NCBI GenBank assembly: GCA_963702005.1
Contig: OY969696.1
Span: forward strand, 1,312,001 to 1,376,000
Source: Candidatus Aminicenantes bacterium
GTDB taxonomy: Bacteria > Acidobacteriota > Aminicenantia > Aminicenantales > JAFGBC01
Length of the DNA stretch: 64,000 bases
Direction: 5' to 3'
Notes under the pieces: generated by a model
Databases searched by the model: none
What the model was told of the DNA's origin: nothing
What the model saw: the letters and a program-made list of their open reading frames with translations, nothing else
Shown: positions 26,053 to 35,048 of the stretch, in pieces
Layout: each line of letters begins with the position of its first letter
Numbering within the stretch: position 1 is the stretch's first letter
Program-made: the position numbers and the translations under genes

Positions 26053-27690
26053 TTATTCCTCCTTCGGCAGCATTGAACGATTAATAAAGTCCTCCCCGCA
26101 TCTCTCAATATCATTAATCTTTTTGTTTGTCCTATCGATGATGAATCTGGACTGTTTTTGAAAATGCACGAAGAGCACAGCCAGCGTTACGGCCGATTCA
26201 ATCGCCCTTGGATTTCTGAAAAGAACGGTCAACAGCATTTTCCAATAGTACCAGCCTGTTGTTCTATCGAATCCCGCTTTAATGCAGACTTTCGAGAATA
26301 TGTACGCGTTCTTCAGAGTTCCACTAATGCCGGGTCTATATTTGTTGGCGGGGTTTAAATTAAGGCTCGTAGAGGTCACTCTTTGATAATAATGACCCGG
26401 ATCATAGACATATTTTAGGATACGGACAAAGTCTCTTAAAATATCCACCCTGGGCCTGGCGGTCATAAAATTTAGGCCGCTGGACATTTGATCAATTTTA
26501 ATCTCATGATCCGCCGTCGGCGTGCTCTCCTCAAACAACCTTCCTTCTTTTTTTAGGCGTTTAGCCAATTGTGTATTCGGCAATGCGTAGAGTGTTCCTA
26601 TCATGGCCATGCATATCCCCGAATCCTGAATACAGTTAATGATCTTTTCAGCGGTTTGATCGTTTTCATTATCAAAACCGATAATAAAACCCGAATCCAC
26701 TATCATCCCGAACGAATAAATCTTCTTAATAGTTTTGACAATCGGCCTCTGGAGATTTTGTTCCTTGTGGGCCAGCTTCAATACCTCGTCTTCCGGACTT
26801 TCAATGCCGATATTGATAAACCTAAAATCGACATCCTTCATCATCCGCAGAAGATCCTCATCATCCGCGATATTGAAGGGAGCCTCGGTCCCGAAATAGA
26901 AAGGATAATGGTTCGTTTCGGACCATTCTCCGAGCGCGGTCAAAAGCTCTTTGGCGCTCCTTTTATTTCCGATAAAATTATCATCGACAAAAAACACATG
27001 ACCCCGATACCCCAATTCATAAAGGCATTGAATTTCTTCAATGATTTGACCGGCCGTTTTTGTCCGCGCTTTCCTGCCGAATAATTCAATGATATCGCAG
27101 AACTCGCAATGAAAGGGACAACCGCGGGAAAATTGGATTCCGGCCATGAGATAATCTTTGGGCCTGACCAAGTCAAACCTGGGAACCACGGCTTGAGTCA
27201 TATCCGTCATTTCAGTTGATTTGTATTCGCCGCTCCCGCAACCTTTATCCAGGTCTTTTATGAAATTTGGAATGGCAATCTCTCCTTCTCCACATAAAAG
27301 GTAATCCGCCGATTGATACAAGCTGGGCTGAGATGTGGGATCCGGACCGCCAACGACAACCGGACAACCAAAGCGATGGCTTTTATCAATTATCGAAAAT
27401 GTGCCCTCCTGCTGACACAGCATGCCTCCCGTACAAACAATATCCGCCCATTCCAAGTGTTCATCCCGGAGAGGCTTAACATTTTCATCAACCAACTTAA
27501 ATTTCCATTGCTGGGGCAGCAACGCCGCCACCGTCATTAGACCCAACGGCGTGACGGGATATTTTGCTCCCGCTATTTTACATACATCGATATAGTTTAA
27601 ATAACTGAATTCCGAAAATTTCGATTGGACGATGAGACAGTTGGTCCCTTTTTCCAATAAACCATTGACAGGCTTTCCTGAACGGTTCAT
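26053..27690 (-). CDS. Cobalamin-binding radical SAM protein (HpnP/Mss-like architecture, probable C-terminal DUF4070)
   Basis: PLGLMTVAALLP and VVVGGP B12-domain motifs, SRGCPFHCEFC, VDDNFIGN, GFIIGFD, ALPNTQL..RL..EGRL. Confidence 0.88.
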   Translation of the reverse strand: MNRSGKPVNGLLEKGTNCLIVQSKFSEFSYLNYIDVCKIAGAKYPVTPLGLMTVAALLPQQWKFKLVDENVKPLRDEHLEWADIVCTGGMLCQQEGTFSIIDKSHRFGCPVVVGGPDPTSQPSLYQSADYLLCGEGEIAIPNFIKDLDKGCGSGEYKSTEMTDMTQAVVPRFDLVRPKDYLMAGIQFSRGCPFHCEFCDIIELFGRKARTKTAGQIIEEIQCLYELGYRGHVFFVDDNFIGNKRSAKELLTALGEWSETNHYPFYFGTEAPFNIADDEDLLRMMKDVDFRFINIGIESPEDEVLKLAHKEQNLQRPIVKTIKKIYSFGMIVDSGFIIGFDNENDQTAEKIINCIQDSGICMAMIGTLYALPNTQLAKRLKKEGRLFEESTPTADHEIKIDQMSSGLNFMTARPRVDILRDFVRILKYVYDPGHYYQRVTSTSLNLNPANKYRPGISGTLKNAYIFSKVCIKAGFDRTTGWYYWKMLLTVLFRNPRAIESAVTLAVLFVHFQKQSRFIIDRTNKKINDIERCGEDFINRSMLPKEE

Positions 27691-27789
27691 TTTCTTTGAG
27701 ATCAGTAAGATTGATTAAAATTTCGTTTTCTGCTGAGACGGCCCCGGGCGGCCTTTCGCAGCGGAAATCCCTTCTCCCCGTTCAGGAAA

Positions 27790-27818
27790 AGCATAACGCG
27801 AAGCTCACAACATGTCAA
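27790..27818 (-). promoter_or_regulatory. Putative promoter of the radical SAM operon
   Basis: Minus-strand TTGACA-17 bp-TATGCT. Confidence 0.65.
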
Positions 27819-27846
27819 GGGAAGCTGGAGCGAGCGGCTCGGTCGC

Positions 27847-28236
27847 CTAGGGGATCAAGCTTTTAATCTTCTTGAGAAAGGCGGCGGGATCGACCGGCTT
27901 TTCGATAACGGCGTCGGCCTGCGAATCCCTGACGATATGCTTGAGCGCGACTTTTTTGTAGACGGCCGTGATCAGAATGACCTTGGTCCGGGCGAGGTCG
28001 GGATCGCTCTTGATCCGGGCACAGAGGCCGAGGCCGTCCATCCGGGGCAGGACGACGTCGCTGATGACGAGGTCCGGCTTCTCTTTGCGGACGAGCTCCA
28101 GCCCGGCCTGCCCGTCCTTGGCCGAGCGGACCAGGAAGTCGTTTTGGGACAGGATGCCCTCGAGAAGACGGAGCGTCACCGGGTCGTCCTCGATGACGAC
28201 GATTTTTCTGAACATCGCTTGGTACTTTATATTCAT
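27847..28236 (-). CDS. Single-domain response regulator
   Basis: IVVIEDD, DLVISD, DGL, ITA, EKP. Confidence 0.88.
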   Translation of the reverse strand: MNIKYQAMFRKIVVIEDDPVTLRLLEGILSQNDFLVRSAKDGQAGLELVRKEKPDLVISDVVLPRMDGLGLCARIKSDPDLARTKVILITAVYKKVALKHIVRDSQADAVIEKPVDPAAFLKKIKSLIP

Positions 28237-28360
28237 GTTTCTAAGTCCCCGCCTAATTTAGTACGACTATATAGCTCGAGCCGGATTCTTGTCAAGCCTT
28301 CTCCGTCTTGTGCCCCGGCGCGGTTTCCGCTATCCTAAAGTCGAGGAAAGGGAGGCCGCT

Positions 28361-30862
28361 ATGAAGGGTGAAGGAACGATGAATACGTGCGTCTTCAAGC
28401 GCTCGCTCGCGCTCGGTTTGCTCTCGGCGATCCTGGCGGTTTCGTCTTTTGCGGCGTCGGTCCAGACGGCGCGCTCGGCCGCGCCGGATTGGTCTCAGAC
28501 AAAAATCTGGTACCAGCATCCGGCCGCTCGCTGGGAGGAAGCGTTCCCGGTCGGCAACGGGCGGCTGGGCGCCATGGTCTTTGGAAGGACCGACGAGGAG
28601 CGGATCGCCCTCAACGAGGAGACCTACTGGTCGGGCGGGCCCTATTCCCAGACGGTCCCCGGCGCGTCCCAAAGCCTGGCCGAGATCCGGCGGCTCATCT
28701 TCGCCGGCGAGTATATCAAAGCCCACCGGCTGTTCGGCCGGACCATGATGGGCTATCCCGTCGAGCAGCAGAAGTACCAGGCCTTGGGAGATCTCCTTTT
28801 GCGTTTCCCGTCCCCGGAAAGCGGAGAGGCCGTCTATTACCGTCACGAGTTGGACCTTGACCGAGCCCTGGTCGTCACCTCCTACTCTCAGGGCGGCGTC
28901 CGGTTCGTAAGGGAGGTTTTCGCGTCGCCCCTGGACCAGGTCATCGTCGTCCGGCTTACGGCCGACAAGCCCGGTCAGGTCACCTTCCGGGCCGAACTCC
29001 GCGGCGTCAGGAACGAAGCCCACTCCAACTACGCGACGGATTACTTCCGGATGGACGGCTTGGGCGGCGACGGCCTGGTCCTGCGCGGCCGCTCCGCGGA
29101 CTATCTCGGCGTCCCGGGCCGGGTCCGCTACGAAGCCCGCCTCCTGGCCGTCCCCGAGGGAGGGGTGATGGCTGTCGACGACCTCTCACTGGCCGTCAGC
29201 GGGGCCGACGCCGTCACCCTGTTCATAGCCGCGGCCACGAACTTCGTCAGCTTCAAGGACGTCAGCGCCGATCCGGCCGAGAGGGTGAGCACGGCCCTGG
29301 CCGCCGTCCGGAATAAATCCTACACGGACATCAAGGACGCCCACATCCGCGAGCACCAGAGGCTCTTCCGGCGCGTCTGGCTGGACCTGCCCCGGACGGA
29401 GGCGGCCGCCCGGCCCAGCGACGAGCGCATCGCGTCCTACGAAAACGAATCCGACCCGTCGCTGGCGGTCCTCGTTTTCCAGTTCGGCCGCTATCTTCTC
29501 ATCTCCTCGTCGCGGCCCGGAACCCAGCCGGCCAACCTTCAGGGGATCTGGAACGCGTCGATGAACCCGCCCTGGGACTCCAAGTACACGACGAACATCA
29601 ACACCGAGATGAATTACTGGCCGGCCGAAGTCGCCAACTTGAGCGAATGCGCCGAGCCCCTGTTCCGGATGATCAGCGAGCTCAGCGAGCAGGGAAGCGA
29701 GGTCGCCCGCGAGCACTACGGCGCCCGGGGCTGGGTCTTCCATCAAAACACGGATATTTGGCGGGCCGCGGCGCCCATGGACGGGCCGAACTGGGGGACG
29801 TTCTCGACCGGCGGGGCCTGGCTTTGCACTCACCTCTGGGAGCACTACAGGTTCAGCGGCGACCTCGACTTTCTGCGGGAGGTCTATCCCATTCTCAAAG
29901 GGAGCGCCGAGTTCTTCATGGACACCCTTGTCGACGACCCGAGGGGGAATTGGCTCGTTACCAACCCTTCGACCTCGCCCGAAAACTTTCCGCTCCGGCC
30001 GGGGAACGACCCTTTCTTCGACGAGGTCACGGCCGGCATGAGTCCGGGGACGACCCTCTGCGCCGGGTCCACCATCGACCTCCAGATCCTCAACGACCTG
30101 TTCGACGCCGTGACCGAAGCGGCCCGGGTCCTGGACATCGATTGGGACTTCAGAAACAAGGCGGTGGCCGTCTGGCAGAAGCTGGCCCCGATGCAGATCG
30201 GGAAGGACGGCGGCCTCCAGGAATGGCTCGAAGACTGGGGCCAACAGGAGAAGAGCCACCGGCACATCTCGAACCTTTACGGTCTTTTCCCCGGGAACCA
30301 CATCTCGCTCCGCGGGGCCCCCAAGCTGGCCGGCGCCTGCGGGGTCGTTCTCGACCAGCGCGGCCTCGAAGGGAACGGCTGGTCCTCGGCCTGGAAGATG
30401 GCCTGCTGGGCCCGTCTCCGCGATGCGGCCAAGGCCATGGCCAACTTCCGGCATGGGATCCGCAACTACACGCTCCCCAACCTGTTCTCGACCTGCTCCA
30501 AGGCCCTCCAGGTCGACGGGAGCCTGGGGCTTACGGCCGCCATCGCCGAAATGCTCCTCCAATCCCAAGAGAACGAGATCCTGATTCTTCCCGCCCTGCC
30601 CGCGTCCTGGGAACGTGGCGAGGTCCGGGGGCTTTGCGCCAGGGGCGGGTTCGAGGTCGATCTCGTTTGGGAAGGCGGCCGCTGGATTCAAGCCCAAGTC
30701 CGTTCCAAGGCCGGCAAGTTCTGCCGGATCCGGACGGATGTCCCCGTCGATGTGACTTTGGCGGGCCAGAAGGTCAAGCTCTTCCGGCCGGAGGCGACGG
30801 TAGTCGAGTTCCGGACCAAGGCCGGGGATGCCTATCTCGTCCGGCCCAAGATGGGCCGCTGA
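28361..30862 (+). CDS. GH95 alpha-L-fucosidase, secreted
   Basis: PVGNGRLGAM, FGRYLLISSSR, PANLQGIWN, NINTEMNYW, HRHISNLY, QVDG. Confidence 0.93.
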   Translation: MKGEGTMNTCVFKRSLALGLLSAILAVSSFAASVQTARSAAPDWSQTKIWYQHPAARWEEAFPVGNGRLGAMVFGRTDEERIALNEETYWSGGPYSQTVPGASQSLAEIRRLIFAGEYIKAHRLFGRTMMGYPVEQQKYQALGDLLLRFPSPESGEAVYYRHELDLDRALVVTSYSQGGVRFVREVFASPLDQVIVVRLTADKPGQVTFRAELRGVRNEAHSNYATDYFRMDGLGGDGLVLRGRSADYLGVPGRVRYEARLLAVPEGGVMAVDDLSLAVSGADAVTLFIAAATNFVSFKDVSADPAERVSTALAAVRNKSYTDIKDAHIREHQRLFRRVWLDLPRTEAAARPSDERIASYENESDPSLAVLVFQFGRYLLISSSRPGTQPANLQGIWNASMNPPWDSKYTTNINTEMNYWPAEVANLSECAEPLFRMISELSEQGSEVAREHYGARGWVFHQNTDIWRAAAPMDGPNWGTFSTGGAWLCTHLWEHYRFSGDLDFLREVYPILKGSAEFFMDTLVDDPRGNWLVTNPSTSPENFPLRPGNDPFFDEVTAGMSPGTTLCAGSTIDLQILNDLFDAVTEAARVLDIDWDFRNKAVAVWQKLAPMQIGKDGGLQEWLEDWGQQEKSHRHISNLYGLFPGNHISLRGAPKLAGACGVVLDQRGLEGNGWSSAWKMACWARLRDAAKAMANFRHGIRNYTLPNLFSTCSKALQVDGSLGLTAAIAEMLLQSQENEILILPALPASWERGEVRGLCARGGFEVDLVWEGGRWIQAQVRSKAGKFCRIRTDVPVDVTLAGQKVKLFRPEATVVEFRTKAGDAYLVRPKMGR

Positions 30863-30866
30863 TCTC

Positions 30867-31955
30867 TCAGATCGGGTAACGGTGGAGCGTCATGCCCGCG
30901 GCGGGCTCGGCCTGCTCCTTGTAGATGTTCCAGTAGTATTCTCTCGCTTCGCGGAGCTTCGCGTACAGGGGGTGCTGCTCGTCGGGCGTATGGGTCGCGA
31001 TCGCATTGAAGGCCCCGTCGACCAGGATGAGCTTCTGGCAGCGGTTGAGGATCCCGGCCGTGCCGACGCTGGCCGCCGCCACGATCTCGCCGATCTTGGC
31101 GCGACGGAGGAGCTCGCTGTACCTGAACGGCCTCTCCTCGACCCTGACGCCCATCCCCTTGAGGATGGCGACGATGCCTTGGATGGTGACCGAGGGAAGG
31201 ATCAGGGGACTTTCGGGGATCTTGACCACGGTCCCGTCCTTGAGGGCGAACAGGCAGCAGGAGGAATCCCATTCGGTGATTTCGCGCTGCTCGATCGGCC
31301 GGTCCGGCCGGTCGTCGAGGAAAAGGGCGGCGGCGGCGTCCGGGGCGATGCGCTTGGCCTCGTCGATAGCCTTGACGCTGATCAGGTAGTTGATCCCGAG
31401 CTTGAGCCAGCCCGTCTTATTGGCCCCGTGGGCCCTTACCAGATGGGGGATGACGACCCCCGTGAAAGGCTCGCCCAGGTACTGATCATAGCGGCAAGCC
31501 AAGGCGCGGAGGGCGGGCTGGTTGGGGAAGGAGACGCCGATGGATTGCTCCTCATCGACGGTGAAGGGCCGGAGGTAGCCCTGGGCGCCCATCCCGGCCA
31601 TTTCTTCCAGGAAGGGGCGCAGGGCGGGCGCTTTGAAATAGCGGTCGATGAACAGCGATTCCAGGTCGGCGACGCCGGGGACGAGGCCCTGTTGCTCGTG
31701 GCCCAAGTTGAAGGCGATGCCGCGCCGCAGGCGCTCGAGGTTTTTATGCCAGTTGAGGAAGAGGATTTCGAGCCCGCCCGAGGCGGTCTTTTTGCAGAAA
31801 AAACGGATGCCTTCGAAGCACAGGAAGATGGCATAGTTGGTGGACCGGGAGATGGCCGCGATCTTGGCGTCGGCGGCGATGAGCTCGCTCGCTTTCTCGG
31901 GCAGCCCGTAGCGAAGCTGCTGGGAAGCCCACTTGAGCCCCTCGAACTTGGCCAT
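30867..31955 (-). CDS. Class IV (branched-chain amino acid-type) PLP aminotransferase, divergent
   Basis: NYA...FEG, YLRP, KLGINY, ILPSVT, SVGTA. Confidence 0.78.
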   Translation of the reverse strand: MAKFEGLKWASQQLRYGLPEKASELIAADAKIAAISRSTNYAIFLCFEGIRFFCKKTASGGLEILFLNWHKNLERLRRGIAFNLGHEQQGLVPGVADLESLFIDRYFKAPALRPFLEEMAGMGAQGYLRPFTVDEEQSIGVSFPNQPALRALACRYDQYLGEPFTGVVIPHLVRAHGANKTGWLKLGINYLISVKAIDEAKRIAPDAAAALFLDDRPDRPIEQREITEWDSSCCLFALKDGTVVKIPESPLILPSVTIQGIVAILKGMGVRVEERPFRYSELLRRAKIGEIVAAASVGTAGILNRCQKLILVDGAFNAIATHTPDEQHPLYAKLREAREYYWNIYKEQAEPAAGMTLHRYPI

Positions 31956-32028
31956 GGACGACTCCTTGTTGAGGACGTTCTCCGAAGCCGGAAGAGAATC
32001 CTTATATCACAAGAGCCGCGGTTTCAGC

Positions 32029-32151
32029 AATTCTGGGGACACACGACTTAATTCCGGAGGAGGGCCGGCGGCGGGATTCTAATCGAGTTTTTTCGCCCTG
32101 TAATCCCCGTTGATGACGCATCCCGGAATTAAGTCGTGTGTCCCCAGAATT
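32029..32151. repeat. REP/REPIN-like inverted pair, family B
   Basis: AATTCTGGGGACACACGACTTAATTCCGG (32029-32057) and exact reverse complement (32123-32151). Confidence 0.9.
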
Positions 32152-32731
32152 ATTCCCGGGTGATCGAGAGGATTTTAACCGGCGCGGCTAGGTATTGGCT
32201 GGGGCAGGGGATTTGGTGGATCTTGCGCACGACGTCCATCCCGGCCACGACCCGGCCGAAGGCGGCGAAGCCCTGGCCGTCCGGGTTGCGATGCCCCCCG
32301 AAGTCGAGCTCGGGCTGGTCCCCGACGCAGAAAAAGAAGCTCGAGGTCGCTGTGCCCGGCGCCAGCCGGGCCATCGAGATGGCGCCGTCGACGTGACGGA
32401 GGCCGGTCAGCGCCGTCGTCTCGTGGGCGATCGGCGGGAAGCATTTCTCCTCGGCGACATCCCCGCCCTGGACGACTTCGATCTTGACGGGGCTGACGGG
32501 CTGGTTTTGCATGGTCACGACTCGGAAAAATGACGTTCCGTCATAGAGTCCGGCGTCGACATAGCGGAGGAAATTGGCGGCCGTGATGGGAGCCTTGGCA
32601 GCATCAACCTCGACCTCGATCGTCCCCAGCTCGGTCTTTATCAGGACGTGAGGATTCGTCTCCGCTCCCCGGGCCGCCGAAGACGCGGCCAGAAGAACAA
32701 TCAGTCCGGCGACGAAACTTGAATGCTTCAT
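32150..32731 (-). CDS. Cyclophilin-type peptidyl-prolyl cis-trans isomerase, exported
   Basis: APITAANF, FFRVV, VQGG, SMAR, FGRVVAGMDVV; signal peptide. Confidence 0.9.
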   Translation of the reverse strand: MKHSSFVAGLIVLLAASSAARGAETNPHVLIKTELGTIEVEVDAAKAPITAANFLRYVDAGLYDGTSFFRVVTMQNQPVSPVKIEVVQGGDVAEEKCFPPIAHETTALTGLRHVDGAISMARLAPGTATSSFFFCVGDQPELDFGGHRNPDGQGFAAFGRVVAGMDVVRKIHQIPCPSQYLAAPVKILSITRE

Positions 32732-32761
32732 ATCTAACCTCGCGGGCCGAATCCGAAGCGG

Positions 32762-34384
32762 CTATTTGACTTTGATGAAAATCGGGTTCGAATAAAACCA
32801 TAGGTCGCGCCAGGCCTCGGTCGCGCCGTCGATGCCGAGGTTCGCGACCGCCTCATAATCCAGGATCGGATTACCCTTGGCGTCCGTCTCGAACGGCGTT
32901 TCGGGTGGGAGATTGGTCCCCCGCAGCCGCAGGTACTTGTCCTCCTGGACATTCTTGAGGTCGTAGGTCACGGTTTTCCAGCCGTCGGCGTCCGGCGTCC
33001 AGTCCGAGGCGTCGAAAGTCGCTTTGATTCTGGTCGTGGGATTGGTGGCGACGGTGTAGGCGGGATCGCCCGGCCGGACGCGGCCCGTGACCGTTCCGCT
33101 GATGAGGTCGATGTGGTCGATGGCGACGGCCTCGCCGTGGTTGTTGACGGCGGGGCTCTTGAAGCGGATCGTGACCCGCACCGTCTCGCCCTTCCGAACC
33201 CTCAGCGTTTGGCCCATGGCCGCCTCTCCCGAGGCCGCCGAAGCCCGGAAGTCGAGGCCGTCGATAAGGTCGCCCTCGACGATGAACGACGTCCCATTCC
33301 GGAGCCCATCCAGGATCTCTTGAGCGGAATAGACGCCGTTGCCGTTGGCGTCGACGACATACGTCCAGGTCTTGGCGTATTCCCCCGGCCAGAAGCTTTT
33401 CTTGGTCGAATGGAAATCGGAGATCGCTAAGATCCACCAGGTCCGGCCCTCGCCAAGAAGCGCGTCCCAGAGCCCGCCGATCTTGGCCGTGAAGATCCCC
33501 GCTCCGCCGTAGGTCCCATGGCCGACGGTGACGCCGGAGAATCCGATCCGGGCGGTCTTCTGGTTGCCCGGGATTCCCTCGAACCCGAAAGCGACCGAGG
33601 GGGCGGCGTTATTAATATCGCGGAAGTTTTCGACCCGCCACAGGTTCGCCCGCTCCGGATGGCTGGGAAGGAACCAGCTCGCGCCGGGATGATTGGCCTG
33701 GAGCCAGCGAACGGCCTCGATCGCCTTGGCGTGGCCGGTCAGCCGGCTTTTCGTCCAGCCCTGAACGCGGCCGCCGGTCTGATCCCCGTCGTGGTCGTCG
33801 AACATGTATTCGAAAGCGGCCAGGGCGCGGGCGCTGGGAGAGACGCCGAACTGGCCCGTCAGGACGGTGACGGAGGCATGCTCGTGGCCAGGGACGTTCC
33901 ACTCCAACCCTTGGACGATGACCCGCTTTTTATAGACGGAACGAGCGCGCAAGAGGTCGGCGAATTCATAATCGCGAATGGACTGCCAGCGCCACATCTT
34001 GCGGTGGCCGAAGGAGCGGGAGACGTCCCCCAGGATGTTCCCGGGAGGATAGACATTGCGGTCGTCCCAATAACGGGCGTACTTGCCGGTGTCGAAGCCT
34101 TGGGACAGGATAGGGCCATAGCCGTCCTTGGTGAAGCCGCCGCCATGGTCGGAGTTGGCCCACCAGTCGAGCCCGTACTTGTAATTCATGTAGTTGACCG
34201 TCCGGATCGGATTCAGGCCGTCTGAATAGGTTGTGTGCTGGTGGGAGTCGCCGCACATCCAGCGGCCCGGGGAGGAGGCGGAGGAGGCGCGGGAGCGGCC
34301 GGCCCCTGGCCCGATGACCCAGAGAGTCGCGAGGGCGAGCAGCACTGCCGGCAGCGGGGCCGCTTGGAGCTTTCGCCGATTCAT
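32762..34384 (-). CDS. Secreted PHP-domain metallo-phosphoesterase-like protein
   Basis: GDSHQHTTYSDG, SDH, EH, SHP, SDFH metal ligands; C-terminal WFYSNPIF. Confidence 0.75.
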   Translation of the reverse strand: MNRRKLQAAPLPAVLLALATLWVIGPGAGRSRASSASSPGRWMCGDSHQHTTYSDGLNPIRTVNYMNYKYGLDWWANSDHGGGFTKDGYGPILSQGFDTGKYARYWDDRNVYPPGNILGDVSRSFGHRKMWRWQSIRDYEFADLLRARSVYKKRVIVQGLEWNVPGHEHASVTVLTGQFGVSPSARALAAFEYMFDDHDGDQTGGRVQGWTKSRLTGHAKAIEAVRWLQANHPGASWFLPSHPERANLWRVENFRDINNAAPSVAFGFEGIPGNQKTARIGFSGVTVGHGTYGGAGIFTAKIGGLWDALLGEGRTWWILAISDFHSTKKSFWPGEYAKTWTYVVDANGNGVYSAQEILDGLRNGTSFIVEGDLIDGLDFRASAASGEAAMGQTLRVRKGETVRVTIRFKSPAVNNHGEAVAIDHIDLISGTVTGRVRPGDPAYTVATNPTTRIKATFDASDWTPDADGWKTVTYDLKNVQEDKYLRLRGTNLPPETPFETDAKGNPILDYEAVANLGIDGATEAWRDLWFYSNPIFIKVK

Positions 34385-34431
34385 GGAAGTATTATACCAG
34401 ATCGGCTTGAGCGACCTTCATCGCTGCAGCT

Positions 34432-34459
34432 ATTCCGGGGGCCGTATGACCCCCGGAAT
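34432..34459. repeat. Degenerate family B hairpin
   Basis: ATTCCGGGG...CCCCGGAAT directly after the stop codon at 34459. Confidence 0.5.
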
Positions 34460-34875
34460 TATTTTCGGGGGCGCCGGGCGGCGCGCGCTGCGCGTGCGGC
34501 GGCCAACCGCCGGCGATGATCGCAATAAGGTTGAGCGTAGGCCGCAAAATCCGTTTGGGAAAGGGTTTTGGCTAATTCGGGCACTCCGTCCCATATCGAT
34601 TGCGCCCGCTCAAGGTCCGGGCACGGCTCCACGTCGCATTCGGCGCAGCCGGAGAATCCTTTGGCTAGGGAGCAGCGACGCGCCTTGCAGGTGCGGCTCG
34701 TATGGAACACCTCATCGTCCGGCCGCAAGCAGCCTCCGCAGGAGATGCTCTCCGCCTTCGCGCGCAGCCCGTAGATTCTGCGCCAGGCGGCCGCCGTGCG
34801 CTCCTGATGGCCGGCGCCTTTAGCTTTTCCCCGGTAAGCGGCACAGCCTGAGCACAGCACACCGCAGGCCGACAT
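34459..34875 (-). CDS. Cys-rich DUF3795-like protein
   Basis: CGVLCSGC, CGGC, C..RC, CAECD..PC pattern. Confidence 0.78.
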   Translation of the reverse strand: MSACGVLCSGCAAYRGKAKGAGHQERTAAAWRRIYGLRAKAESISCGGCLRPDDEVFHTSRTCKARRCSLAKGFSGCAECDVEPCPDLERAQSIWDGVPELAKTLSQTDFAAYAQPYCDHRRRLAAARAARAARRPRK

Positions 34876-35048
34876 GATCGCGGCTATTGAATCCTCCTTT
34901 TACTACGGGGAGCAGAATAAACATTGCATAATCCTTGCTGCTCCCCGAGTACTAGCCGGGCGATAAGGAAATATGGAGTCAACTATATTTCGCCCGGCTT
35001 AGTAAACGGCGCCGGGGCGTCTCAATGCTCGCTCGCAGATCCCCCAGC

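Noticed and set aside
20615-27690. Radical SAM operon as a RiPP cluster
   Set aside because: No room for a precursor ORF between the coupled genes; no RRE/PqqD, peptidase, ABC exporter or typical SPASM motif seen; a distant precursor cannot be excluded
27691-27790. Cobalamin riboswitch upstream of the B12 radical SAM
   Set aside because: Leader is short and lacks recognisable B12-box motifs
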